Assembly (NCBI GenBank): GCA_021772435.1
Contig: JAJFLZ010000025.1
Location: 55,502-119,501 of the forward strand
DNA from: Chlamydiota bacterium
Lineage (GTDB): Bacteria > Chlamydiota > Chlamydiia > Chlamydiales > JACKPQ01
Direction of reading: 5' to 3'
Length of the DNA stretch: 64,000 nucleotides
Shown: positions 1-8,876 of the stretch, in pieces
Numbering within the stretch: position 1 is the first letter of the stretch
Layout: the number at the start of each line of letters is the position of its first letter
Program-made: the position numbers and the translations under genes
Notes under the pieces: generated by a model
What the model saw: the letters and a program-made list of their open reading frames with translations, nothing else
The model's database searches: none
Told to the model about the DNA's origin: nothing

Positions 1-288
1 AATAAATAGGCCGATGACAAATTCTTTTAAAGCTAGACCGAGCAGCTTGGTATCAAATGATACCATGATGGTGGAACTTTGAATAATGGTTGGCATGAAA
101 ACGAGGGTTAGGACAATTGCGATCCCAATTCGCGCTGGAGCTGGGCTAAGTTTTGATCCAAAAAAAGGAACGAGGGAAACAATTGGTGCTAGGCGCATTA
201 ACCCAAGTAGAAATAAAGAGAGAACACCAATTGCGGATAGCCCTGGTACGCCTAAAAAGTAGTTGAGGTAGGAGTCAAGACCTGACAC
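1..288 (-). CDS. sctT: Type III secretion export-apparatus protein SctT (CdsT/YscT/FliR family), N-terminal part; the gene runs off the window edge
   Basis: The minus-strand frame from GTG at 288 reads VSGLDSYLNYFLGVPGLSAIGVLSLF..., a hydrophobic polytopic sequence. It lies directly downstream of sctS in the chlamydial J-x-L-R-S-T order. It is absent from the ORF track because it is truncated. Confidence 0.75.
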   Translation of the reverse strand, partial: MSGLDSYLNYFLGVPGLSAIGVLSLFLLGLMRLAPIVSLVPFFGSKLSPAPARIGIAIVLTLVFMPTIIQSSTIMVSFDTKLLGLALKEFVIGLFI

Positions 289-291
289 TAC

Positions 292-561
292 TTACGTGCC
301 CCATTTGTAGAAATTGTCGAAGATGTTGGCAGAGAATTGGACGATTTGAGCGCTTAAAAATCCGCCCATGATCATAATCGTAAGAATCACCGCGACAAGT
401 TTCACGGTAAAAGATAATGTCTGTTCTTGTATTTGTGTTGCGGCTTGAAAAATGGCGACAAAAAGACCAAAAGCCATACTGATTACGATAGGAGGGCCAG
501 ACAAGATCAGAATTAACAGAAGCGATTGATACGCAAGTTCTGTAATCTGGGTACTAAACAT
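292..561 (-). CDS. sctS: Type III secretion export-apparatus protein SctS (CdsS/YscS/FliQ family)
   Basis: 89 aa with two hydrophobic helices. The motif ...LILSGPPIVISMAFGLFVAIFQAATQIQEQTLSF... is typical of FliQ/YscS. Its position between sctR and sctT fits. Confidence 0.9.
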   Translation of the reverse strand: MFSTQITELAYQSLLLILILSGPPIVISMAFGLFVAIFQAATQIQEQTLSFTVKLVAVILTIMIMGGFLSAQIVQFSANIFDNFYKWGT

Positions 562-570
562 TTGTTTCTC

Positions 571-1401
571 CTATCTAAACGTCTTGACAATTCCATCAAT
601 GACTAGTGTCCATCCATCGATCATGACAACGAGCAGCAGTTTTAGTGGCAAAGCAATCGTAAGAGGTGAGAGCATCATCATCCCCATCGCGAGCAAAATA
701 TTTGAGGTGACAAGGTCGATTACAAAGAATGGCAGGTAAATCAAGACACCAATTTCAAAAGCATTTCGCAGCTGCGATGTGATGTAGGCAGGTATCAAAA
801 CGATAAAATCGTTGGGCTTCATTTGCTCTTGCGGCGTGGCGTCAAAATTTTTGATTGCGAGTTTGTAAAAAAGCTGCGTGCTCTTAGAGGAGGTGTTTTT
901 TTCTAGAAAGTGGCGCATGGGCTCTTTAGCCCTTTCCACAACACCGATGAGATAGTAGGCTGTTTGCTCTGAAAACATCTCTTTGGGTGCAGCTTTTTTG
1001 ATAAAGTCTTCCGAGGCGTTGTACATCGCCACTCCCGTCGGATACATGACGTAAATGGCCATGATCAGGGCAATGCCCGTTAAGGCTTGGTTGGGAGGAG
1101 AGTTTTGTACACCAATCGCGTTTCGCATGAGCGATAGGACGATGACCATTTTAAGATAAGAGGTCAAAAGCATGATGGCAAATGGCAAAAGGGCTATACC
1201 TGCTAGCACTGCCATTTCCACAACCACTGAAGGCTGATTGACCTGCGAGCCTTCCCCTTCGCGCATGGAGATGAGCTCTTTTAACGCAGGAGGTAGCGAT
1301 TCATCTTGAGCAGAGAGCTGGTTGGTGGCGCCAAAAGACAAGCACAGCAAAATGAGCAGGGAAAAAAGCAGTGGTTTTCGTCTTAAGATCAGTTTTTTCA
1401 T
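571..1401 (-). CDS. sctR: Type III secretion export-apparatus protein SctR (CdsR/YscR/FliP family)
   Basis: 276 aa with an N-terminal signal-like segment and a FliP-like core (LLPFAIMLLTSYLKMVIVLSLMRNAIG, GMMMLSP). It overlaps sctL by 4 nt. Confidence 0.9.
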   Translation of the reverse strand: MKKLILRRKPLLFSLLILLCLSFGATNQLSAQDESLPPALKELISMREGEGSQVNQPSVVVEMAVLAGIALLPFAIMLLTSYLKMVIVLSLMRNAIGVQNSPPNQALTGIALIMAIYVMYPTGVAMYNASEDFIKKAAPKEMFSEQTAYYLIGVVERAKEPMRHFLEKNTSSKSTQLFYKLAIKNFDATPQEQMKPNDFIVLIPAYITSQLRNAFEIGVLIYLPFFVIDLVTSNILLAMGMMMLSPLTIALPLKLLLVVMIDGWTLVIDGIVKTFR

Positions 1402-2024
1402 GCAGGCTTGCTAAAGGTTTCAAAGGCAGCTTCTAGTGAGCGCCATTGGTTTTCTAAGCTCGCGTTTATAATGCCAGCTTCTGTTTCAATCATGCAGCCG
1501 CCTGGCTCAACATCATCTCTTTCGACGATCGAGAAGCTTTGTACTTGATCGAGAACTTTTTTGATGTCTTCTTTGGCATTTTCCAGAATCTCTTTGTCGG
1601 CTTTATTGACGTAGATTTTAATTTGACGGTACCCTGTAACGGGTCTGAGCGCGCCGGTGACGATATCGATGATGACATTGGGGTCGGCTTCCAGCTCGCG
1701 ATTAACTATTTTTTTTGCAGCTTTTAGAGCAAGTGGTAAAATTTGCCTCTGCGTTTCATGCCGTAGATGCTTGATTTGGTTTTCAAAATGTAAAATGTGC
1801 TCATTGAGTTGATCGAGCCCTTCTTGAAAACCTTCATCTTTGGCTTTCTTGCGCAAATTTTGACAGTTTTTCTTGGTGCGTTTGAGCATTTCTTCAGCAT
1901 CTATCTGTGATTTGTCGAGCAATTCTTTGGCTTCAAGGAGAGTGGAGAATTCATCGGCTGGAATAACCTTGTCTGAACCTGCAGGATGCACAGTTTCTTT
2001 ATCCACGATAGCAAAATATTTCAT
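1398..2024 (-). CDS. sctL: Type III secretion stator/ATPase regulator SctL (CdsL/YscL/FliH family)
   Basis: 208 aa with a charged coiled-coil N-terminal half and a FliH/YscL-like C-terminal half (IKIYVNKADKEIL...GGCMIETEAGIINASLENQW). Its position in the cluster fits. Confidence 0.8.
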   Translation of the reverse strand: MKYFAIVDKETVHPAGSDKVIPADEFSTLLEAKELLDKSQIDAEEMLKRTKKNCQNLRKKAKDEGFQEGLDQLNEHILHFENQIKHLRHETQRQILPLALKAAKKIVNRELEADPNVIIDIVTGALRPVTGYRQIKIYVNKADKEILENAKEDIKKVLDQVQSFSIVERDDVEPGGCMIETEAGIINASLENQWRSLEAAFETFSKPA

Positions 2025-2791
2025 ACAGGCCTCCTAACGTGCTCATATGCTACTTGCACTTCTGCTAAAAGAGCTTGTTGAGCTGAAGGGTTTTTCAAGT
2101 CACTGATTAGTTTTTTTAGCTTATTTCCGGTCGTTTGATCTAGCGTGTGCTCAAAGTACCAAATCACACTGGGACTAGCTGTGACAAGCGCTTTTGCCAA
2201 ACGGTTTAAGCCTCGATTATACAAGACATCTTGCAATGTTTTAGCTTGCTTGTCCCAACGATTGAGATCGAGACGGCCAAAATCAACGCTTGTTGTTTTA
2301 TGTGATAGGGACTGTAAAAATGTTGTTTGCGCAGAATTCAGCGCCGACTTGATCGCTTGGAGAGTTTGTGTTTGCACAATTTTTTTCAAATCAAGAGATA
2401 GATCAAACAGCCCTAGCAAGTGAAAAAGTTTGATGCATTCTTGTTTAGAAAGAGTGAGTAGATTACCGAGGCGCTGTTCTTTGGCTGCTTGAAATGGCAG
2501 CAACTCTGGCAGGTCCTGGGCGAGATTTTTCCAAAGAGTTAGTTTAGCAAAGGTAGCGATGCGAGATGTATTTGATTGACACAACTCATGCAGCCGTAAA
2601 TTTTCTCCAGTTAGCCAAGAGAGATCAATCTTTTCCAGAAAAGGATAAGGATGCTTAATCCAATCGAGGTCTCCCACATGCGTTGTGGGAAATAGATCTA
2701 GCGTATTGCTGAGTGACAGGGTCATGCAATGACGGAAAACTTCGCCTTTGGCATCAATCAGTGTTTTTAAAATGGCTTGCGATGCTCTCAC
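2021..2791 (-). CDS. Hypothetical protein of the T3SS cluster (same position as the uncharacterised gene between cdsJ and cdsL in Chlamydia)
   Basis: 256-aa ORF translationally coupled on both sides by 4-nt overlaps. I recognise no motif. The call rests on synteny only. Confidence 0.6.
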   Translation of the reverse strand: MRASQAILKTLIDAKGEVFRHCMTLSLSNTLDLFPTTHVGDLDWIKHPYPFLEKIDLSWLTGENLRLHELCQSNTSRIATFAKLTLWKNLAQDLPELLPFQAAKEQRLGNLLTLSKQECIKLFHLLGLFDLSLDLKKIVQTQTLQAIKSALNSAQTTFLQSLSHKTTSVDFGRLDLNRWDKQAKTLQDVLYNRGLNRLAKALVTASPSVIWYFEHTLDQTTGNKLKKLISDLKNPSAQQALLAEVQVAYEHVRRPV

Positions 2792-3723
2792 AATTCCTCT
2801 TCACTTTCCAAGGTAGGTGGTGGCATGACAGGTGTGGGGCTGAAGAATTCCTTCATTCCACGCTGTTTTAAAATCGGATAAAACTTCCAAATCATCCAGG
2901 CTAAAGCGATAGCTAGGCCAATGCTTGCAACTAGCAAAGTGAAAAATATAGAACGGAATTTAGCAACGGATGCTTTTGTCATTGTAATCGACCAGATGTT
3001 CACATTGTCTTGAATAGCAGGAGACATTGGATCAACAGAAGGTGAGGGCCTAACGTCGGTAAAGCGTGACCAGTCGGAAACTACAGTGACATCATTCAGA
3101 TCAAGACCTGTGATACTGCCCGATACGATCCGTTTAATTTTTGTTTCCAAGTGACTGTTGGGATCATCGATGACGCCTTGGTGTTTAACATAAACAGCAG
3201 CTGTGATTTTTGTCGAAACGGGTGTCTCACCAGGCGCTGTCTCTTGTGGGGGAAATGAAAGTTGAACAGAAGCGTCGATAACGCCGTCGATCATCAAAAT
3301 CGTATTCGTAATTTGTTGGGCAAGACCCGCTTGATAGCGAATCGTCTCTTCTTTATCTGATGACATTAAACCTTGCTTGGCAAATAAATCGAGCAGGTTC
3401 GTGCCTTGTCTTTGCGGCAGTCCGTTTTGATTCAAAACAGCCATAGCGTTAATTGAAGCTTTTTGATCGACGTGAATACTGAATTTTGGTCCCGTGTTTG
3501 CCGCCCCAACAGCAGGGCCTGAGCTCGATGCGATTTTTTTTGCGGCAATGCCTTTGCTTTCTAAAAAAACGACAATGAGGTTAGCATCTCGCTCATCTAA
3601 ATTACTAATCACTTCAGCATCTTTGCCACAAGCAGTCAGTAGTAGCAAACTCATGCTCAAAACAAGCGTTGAAAAACGGCGCCATTTTATTCTCATCATC
3701 CATACCCTAGTAACGGTGTCCAT
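2788..3723 (-). CDS. sctJ: Type III secretion inner-membrane ring lipoprotein SctJ (CdsJ/YscJ/HrcJ family)
   Basis: 311 aa with a signal peptide and lipobox LLLTAC. It has a YscJ-like N-terminal domain (LDERDANLIVVFLESKGIAAKK) and a C-terminal TM helix. Confidence 0.9.
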   Translation of the reverse strand: MDTVTRVWMMRIKWRRFSTLVLSMSLLLLTACGKDAEVISNLDERDANLIVVFLESKGIAAKKIASSSGPAVGAANTGPKFSIHVDQKASINAMAVLNQNGLPQRQGTNLLDLFAKQGLMSSDKEETIRYQAGLAQQITNTILMIDGVIDASVQLSFPPQETAPGETPVSTKITAAVYVKHQGVIDDPNSHLETKIKRIVSGSITGLDLNDVTVVSDWSRFTDVRPSPSVDPMSPAIQDNVNIWSITMTKASVAKFRSIFFTLLVASIGLAIALAWMIWKFYPILKQRGMKEFFSPTPVMPPPTLESEEEL

Positions 3724-3860
3724 ACCTTCATCATAAGCAGAATTGATTATATTGGCTAGACTAACTTTTATTTTGAAATACAGACGAGAAACGTTTGAAT
3801 AAAAAAGCTATGGGAATGCATACTGTTTTTCATTAAAGATTTTAGAATAGGAAAAATATT

Positions 3861-5774
3861 ATGACAGCCATTGATCATTTAGGTCGAAATTCATCCATTA
3901 CCTCTAAAGGCTCTCAACCTGCAACGAATAAAACGATGTTGATTGCCTTAGGCATTTTGACTGGGGCCGTGCTGCTTGGCACGCTCGTTTATTGGAAATG
4001 GCCAGCCAGTCAAACTGTAGCGCCTCCTAATTCCACTCCTCCAAATAACCATCCTGACCCATTACCAACAGATGAAGCAGGCATCAATCATTTGCTTAAA
4101 ACAAAAACCCTTGATGAAATTCAAAATGCGATTCAAAAAGGATTGAACGTTGATAAGGCAAGTCACATGGAAACGGCGCTCCTGCGCTCAGATGATGATA
4201 TTGCAAGCTTAGTTGCAGAAAAGCTCTCCGATCCAAACGTGCAAGTCAACGGCAAGCCTATTTTAGCTGTTGCTGTGGAAAAAGCATTTGACAAAACAGC
4301 TGCCGCTCTTGTCGGAAACAAGGCGGATGCTGATTTAAATATGGGAGGTTCTGAAAATAAGCCTCTCATTTATTTTGTCATTGAAAAGAAGCTGCCCAAA
4401 ACGCTTGCTCTACTGGCAAAGGATGCGAAGGTCAATGAGAAGACATATAAGATTAGCCCTGAAGAAATATCGACGCCTTTAAGGTATGCGCTGAAAATAA
4501 AATTTGACGAAGGTGTTGCTGCTTTTATCAATGCAGGCTTGTACAAGACCTATGAGGATATAACTGTCCATACATCCATACATGACTCAAAAACTCCATT
4601 ACCGCTTTCTGAAAAAGCTCTTCTAGATAATAAAATAAATAAATCAAATTGTGACAAGTTGTATTGTAAAAACGAAAACGACATCGATGTAGAGGCGTTA
4701 TCTCAAGAGGAAAAAGATCAACTTCTGAGACATGCATCTAACTTAAAGATGTTCACTTTTGCACGCACGCTTGTAGAAAGTGGCGCGAATCAAATGATAA
4801 AGCACTTTGGCGAAGAAGAAGAACCCTTGATGTTTCTGGCAGCAATTCATGACGATATAAACCTTTTTTGGGCGTGCTTAAAACAAAAACCCGACTTAAA
4901 TAAAACTTATGCATGGCAAGGTGAGAAATATACGCCCCTACAGTACTGTGTGGATGAGCAAAAGCATGATTGCACCTCGTTACTTGTGAAAGAGGGTGCC
5001 AACCCTGATTCTAACGTAAGATGGTACAAAGGAGCGTTCATAACCGAATCGGCGCTCCTTTTTTATGGGATCCACCATTCCTCAGAAGAGATTGTTCAAG
5101 CATGTATCGAGCAAGGTGCTAACTTAGATCGTCTAGACAATGGAAAGAGCCTCATGGAATATGCAAATGAGGTTGGGGCAGACAAGCTCATCAAATTGCT
5201 TTACAGAAAAGGAAGGGATTCAATTCGCGATATCATGAGACCTGGCATGGATGACTTTGTTTTGGAGCAGAAGTTAGACGAGCTGAAGCTAGATGATCGC
5301 CCTCATCTGCTAAATTTCCTTATTGATCGGGGCAAAACCAAAGAAGCAAAAGAGCAAGTTGACGTGCTTGATGCATCGAATCAGAGTAAACTCCTTCAAA
5401 ATAAGTCTTTATCGGCTGCCTCACTGTTATGGGTACTTGACGTTTTCAAGCAACATACGCTAACTCTACCCCAGCATGTAAAACTTCTAAATTACCGTCT
5501 TGAGCAAGGTGAAAATGAAGCTGCAAAAGAGCAAATCAATCTACCTAATGATAATCACCGGAAGCAAATCCTTCAACATAAGGATATATCTCCAAAAGTG
5601 CTTTTATGGATGGTCAGCAATAAGAATTTATTTTCGGACGGAGATATTGCCATACACAAGCTTGTTATAGGCCAACTGGAAAGGGGCGACTACGACAAGG
5701 TAGTTGACGCCTTTGGCTCTCAAACACCGTATAATACTTTAAACGATATGACGTTTTCTGATGAGGATTTTTAA
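3861..5774 (+). CDS. Membrane-anchored ankyrin-repeat protein (candidate secreted effector)
   Basis: 637 aa with one N-terminal TM helix (MLIALGILTGAVLLGTLVYW). Ankyrin-like repeats are present (KPILAVAVEK...AAALVGNKADADL; YTPLQYCVDEQKHDCTSLLVKEGANPD; LMEYANEVGADKLIKLL). The C-terminal part contains a tandem duplicated module of about 50 aa. Confidence 0.75.
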   Translation: MTAIDHLGRNSSITSKGSQPATNKTMLIALGILTGAVLLGTLVYWKWPASQTVAPPNSTPPNNHPDPLPTDEAGINHLLKTKTLDEIQNAIQKGLNVDKASHMETALLRSDDDIASLVAEKLSDPNVQVNGKPILAVAVEKAFDKTAAALVGNKADADLNMGGSENKPLIYFVIEKKLPKTLALLAKDAKVNEKTYKISPEEISTPLRYALKIKFDEGVAAFINAGLYKTYEDITVHTSIHDSKTPLPLSEKALLDNKINKSNCDKLYCKNENDIDVEALSQEEKDQLLRHASNLKMFTFARTLVESGANQMIKHFGEEEEPLMFLAAIHDDINLFWACLKQKPDLNKTYAWQGEKYTPLQYCVDEQKHDCTSLLVKEGANPDSNVRWYKGAFITESALLFYGIHHSSEEIVQACIEQGANLDRLDNGKSLMEYANEVGADKLIKLLYRKGRDSIRDIMRPGMDDFVLEQKLDELKLDDRPHLLNFLIDRGKTKEAKEQVDVLDASNQSKLLQNKSLSAASLLWVLDVFKQHTLTLPQHVKLLNYRLEQGENEAAKEQINLPNDNHRKQILQHKDISPKVLLWMVSNKNLFSDGDIAIHKLVIGQLERGDYDKVVDAFGSQTPYNTLNDMTFSDEDF

Positions 5775-5775
5775 G

Positions 5776-6720
5776 CTAACGTTTTTGTTGAAAGATTGAT
5801 TTTGGTGCTGCTCCAAAACGTTTGTATGTAAAATCTTTTACACCTTGCTTGGCTGAGTCTAAAACTTGCAATTGTTTTTTCTTTTCGGGATTGGCAAGGG
5901 ATTGGAGTTTTTTTAAAAGCGAGTGGCGATAGAGTTTGGCAATCTCTGGAATAAAGACTTTGCGTAAAAGGCGACGTTTTTCTTTTGCTGAGCAATTGCG
6001 TTTGATCCAAAGGAGCCGCCCGCGCCAGTCGTAGTAGGTCGTGTGGGGCTTTCCGCCCGTAAAGGAGCTCGAGACCTTATGGTAAACTTTAGCGTTTGGA
6101 CAGGTTTTAATGGTAAAGCCCAGTTTCTTGGCGCGCGCGCAAAAGTCGCTTTCTTCCCAATAGAGAAAAAATAAAGGTTCGAGAAGGCCAGTCGTTTCAA
6201 AAACAGATCGCTTAGCAATGAGGCAGGCGCCGCAAACGTAGTCGACAGCTTGTGGCTTATCGTATGAACCATCGTCGATTTTGCCAGCTGCGATGAGATC
6301 AAAATGCCCTTTGTCAGGGTCCCAAATGCCACCTAGATGATCAAAGCGGTTTTTGTCTTGAGCGGTGTAGAGTTTAGGGCCCATGATGTCATCGTTTTGA
6401 GACAGAAACGCATTTAAAAATTCTGGATCGACGGTGGTGTCGTTGTTTAGCAGTAAAAGGTAGTCGGCGCCTTTAGCCAGGGCATAGCGGATGCCAACGT
6501 TGTTGCCTTCTGCAAATCCTAAGTTTTGATGCGTGGGAATTAGTTTGACATCTGGATGATGTTTTTGAATTTCTAGAATGGAGTTATCTTTGGAACCGTT
6601 ATCGATGACGATTGTTTGGTAATTTTGATAACGGATTTGCTTGAGCGAGCTCAGGCATTCAAGCGTATCTTTTTGGCCGTTAAAGTTTACGAGAATAATA
6701 TAGACTAATGGCTGAGACAT
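5776..6720 (-). CDS. Glycosyltransferase family 2
   Basis: 314 aa. The N-terminal GT-A signature is VYIILVNFNGQKDTLECLSSL...YQTIVIDNGSKDNS, followed by LLLLNNDT. Confidence 0.85.
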   Translation of the reverse strand: MSQPLVYIILVNFNGQKDTLECLSSLKQIRYQNYQTIVIDNGSKDNSILEIQKHHPDVKLIPTHQNLGFAEGNNVGIRYALAKGADYLLLLNNDTTVDPEFLNAFLSQNDDIMGPKLYTAQDKNRFDHLGGIWDPDKGHFDLIAAGKIDDGSYDKPQAVDYVCGACLIAKRSVFETTGLLEPLFFLYWEESDFCARAKKLGFTIKTCPNAKVYHKVSSSFTGGKPHTTYYDWRGRLLWIKRNCSAKEKRRLLRKVFIPEIAKLYRHSLLKKLQSLANPEKKKQLQVLDSAKQGVKDFTYKRFGAAPKSIFQQKR

Positions 6721-7694
6721 TTTTCACCCATGTAAAGCCGCTTTACATCTGCAAGAATTTGGCTTGGACCAAACTGTTTCATACAGAATGGATCGCGGCA
6801 AGATTTTTTTAGACACGGATTGCACGTGCGCGGTTTTGAAAAGATTAAGCAGTTTTGTGCGTGGTGCGGGCCGCAAAGAGTAGGATCAGTGGGACCGAAT
6901 AGAGCGACTGTTTTTACACCTAAGGCAAAGCTGATGTGCATAGGCCCTGTATCATTTGTGATGAAAAGATCAAATTTAGATAGAGCTGCCGCAAAGTTAC
7001 GCAGTGGCAAAAGACCTGCAATGGATTTTGCACCTGGAATTTGACTCGCGATGGCCCCAGCTAGAGGTTTTTCTGTATGATTGCCGGTGACTAAAACTTG
7101 AAATCCGTCCCTAGCTAAGGCTTTGCCAAGTTGAATAAAGTGCTCTTTTGGCCATTGTTTAAATTGATCTTTAGCACCAGGGTGCAGGCCAACAAGTGGT
7201 TTTTTGTAATCGCTTAAAAAAGCATTTGCAAGCAATGTTTCATCAGGAGAAATTGTCCATTCAAGCTGCTCTGAATCTGCACGTACGCCGATTTCTTGAG
7301 TTATGCGCAGGCGCCTTGTAATCTCGTGTTCGTGGTAGGGCTGGATTTGCGTTGTGAGGAGGGTATCTAATCCTTTATTGATCCCTTTTGTTCCTACAAT
7401 CATTTTAGGTTTTGCAAAGCGGCAGATAGGAAGGGCTAAACGCTGCGATGTGTGAAAAATTAAAACGGTGTCGAAAGGATTTTTCTTGAGGCTGTGGATG
7501 AGTTTGGGTGTTTTGGGTAAAAGAGGATCGGCGGCAATGATGGTTTCATCGATATACGGGTTATGTTTGAGGACTTCGCTGCCGATGGGGCTGGTTAAAA
7601 CACTTAAGTGACATTTGGGATAGGTTGTTTTGACAGCGCGGATGGCGGGTGTTGCCCACAGGGTATCGCCAAGGCCAGTAGTCGAGGCGATCAA
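6705..7694 (-). CDS. Glycosyltransferase family 9 (heptosyltransferase-like)
   Basis: 329 aa with GLGDTLWATPAIRA, LHPGAKDQFKQWP, TNDTGPMHI and a C-terminal CNPCLKKSC...C motif typical of GT9. The track start is TTG. The frame stays open to 7781 without a canonical start, so the start is uncertain. Confidence 0.8.
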   Translation of the reverse strand: MIASTTGLGDTLWATPAIRAVKTTYPKCHLSVLTSPIGSEVLKHNPYIDETIIAADPLLPKTPKLIHSLKKNPFDTVLIFHTSQRLALPICRFAKPKMIVGTKGINKGLDTLLTTQIQPYHEHEITRRLRITQEIGVRADSEQLEWTISPDETLLANAFLSDYKKPLVGLHPGAKDQFKQWPKEHFIQLGKALARDGFQVLVTGNHTEKPLAGAIASQIPGAKSIAGLLPLRNFAAALSKFDLFITNDTGPMHISFALGVKTVALFGPTDPTLCGPHHAQNCLIFSKPRTCNPCLKKSCRDPFCMKQFGPSQILADVKRLYMGEKCLSH

Positions 7695-7744
7695 AATCCG
7701 TTCATGACGGTTTTGCCCTGGGCGGATGGCAGGAGATAGAAATT

Positions 7745-8809
7745 TTAAGAGGGCGTTTTTGATAATGCAGGCTCCATTTGATCACCCCATTGTACCAAAG
7801 GCTGGACATATGGGCAAAGGCCTCCTTTACATGCTTTTGGACACTGAAGCCGCTCGTTGCGAATGAGCATTTCATTCGGCACCCGGGGTGTATCATCTAA
7901 AATTTTTACCACGCAGTCGATCCAGTCTGGCGATAGATTGAAGGCAGGGCAGCGATGCGCTTGCAGTCCGGCAGCTCTAATCGGTGGCAGGTACTGGTCT
8001 TCGACCTCGACGAGTGTTTCGACGTGATCCGATGTAAAGCTAAGGGGGATGAAGACGATGGCGGGATTGCCTTGGATGTGATCTTTGATCGATGCAGAGA
8101 CCTCATCAGTGTAGGGTCGTAACCATTCGCCGCGTCCAAATTTGGATTGGTACGCAAGTACAGTTTGCGCATGAGGGAAATTTTGTGCGATGCGTTTGTA
8201 GGTATTTTCGCATTCGCTCTTGTAGGGGTCTCCTGTACAGACGAATGTTTGCGGAACGCCGTGGGGTGAGAAAAAAAGCGCAACATCGGATAGACTTTGT
8301 TCATTTAGATAGCTTTGGATATGGCCGGTGAAGCAGTCGATAAAGGCGGGGTGTTCAGCATATGATTTGATCCAACGTAGTTTGCGCTGAGCGCGAAAAC
8401 TTAGATGCTTTTGGAAAAACCTGGCGATGCTACCTGTTGTGGCGTAGCTAAATTGAGGAAAAAGGGGGAAGATGCAAATTTCATCATGGGGACAGTTTTC
8501 GATAGCTGCTAAACTTTGTGCATGCGTACTTGGTAAGTACCTATGAAAGGTGAGCGTGGGATAGGGTAGACTTGTAGCTAGATCTTCTGTGTCTTGATAG
8601 ATGGGGGATTTGCCATCCATTTTTTTGTATTCTTCACGCATAAAATGGGTGCGCTTTTTTGCGATGCGCCCAAATAGCCACGTTTGCAATGCGCTTGGAA
8701 GCTGTGTGCGAATCACGTCTTCATCTGTTAAGAGCTCGGTTAAAAATGGCCTAATCTCATCTAGATTGCGCGGCCCACCGAAATTGACAAGTAAAAGTGT
8801 TTTTTCCAT
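7745..8809 (-). CDS. hemH: Ferrochelatase
   Basis: 354 aa. LLVNFGGPRNLDEIRPFLTELLTD, FSPHGVP and SFTSDHVETL match the ferrochelatase family. It has a Cys-rich C-terminal extension. Confidence 0.9.
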   Translation of the reverse strand: MEKTLLLVNFGGPRNLDEIRPFLTELLTDEDVIRTQLPSALQTWLFGRIAKKRTHFMREEYKKMDGKSPIYQDTEDLATSLPYPTLTFHRYLPSTHAQSLAAIENCPHDEICIFPLFPQFSYATTGSIARFFQKHLSFRAQRKLRWIKSYAEHPAFIDCFTGHIQSYLNEQSLSDVALFFSPHGVPQTFVCTGDPYKSECENTYKRIAQNFPHAQTVLAYQSKFGRGEWLRPYTDEVSASIKDHIQGNPAIVFIPLSFTSDHVETLVEVEDQYLPPIRAAGLQAHRCPAFNLSPDWIDCVVKILDDTPRVPNEMLIRNERLQCPKACKGGLCPYVQPLVQWGDQMEPALSKTPS

Positions 8810-8830
8810 CTTTTTGATTAAAGGGGATCA

Positions 8831-8868
8831 GGTGCTTTTTGACAAGCACCATCCAGTTGAAGTATAGA
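8831..8868 (+). promoter_or_regulatory. Candidate promoter with overlapping dyad upstream of the metal ATPase
   Basis: TTGACA at 8839-8844, an 18-nt spacer and TATAGA at 8863-8868. A 7+7 dyad, GGTGCTT-tttgac-AAGCACC (8831-8850), covers the -35 element. The ATG at 8877 is only 8 nt after the -10 element and has no SD. Confidence 0.3.
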
Positions 8869-8876
8869 TAATAAGT

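Noticed and set aside
6705-7781. Longer N-terminus for the GT9 gene. The frame is open to 7781 and reads ...KNALLKFLSPAIRPGQNRHERIL before the TTG.
   Set aside because: No ATG, GTG or TTG exists upstream of 7694 in that frame, and the extension would overlap the 3' end of hemH. I kept the TTG start but flagged it as uncertain.
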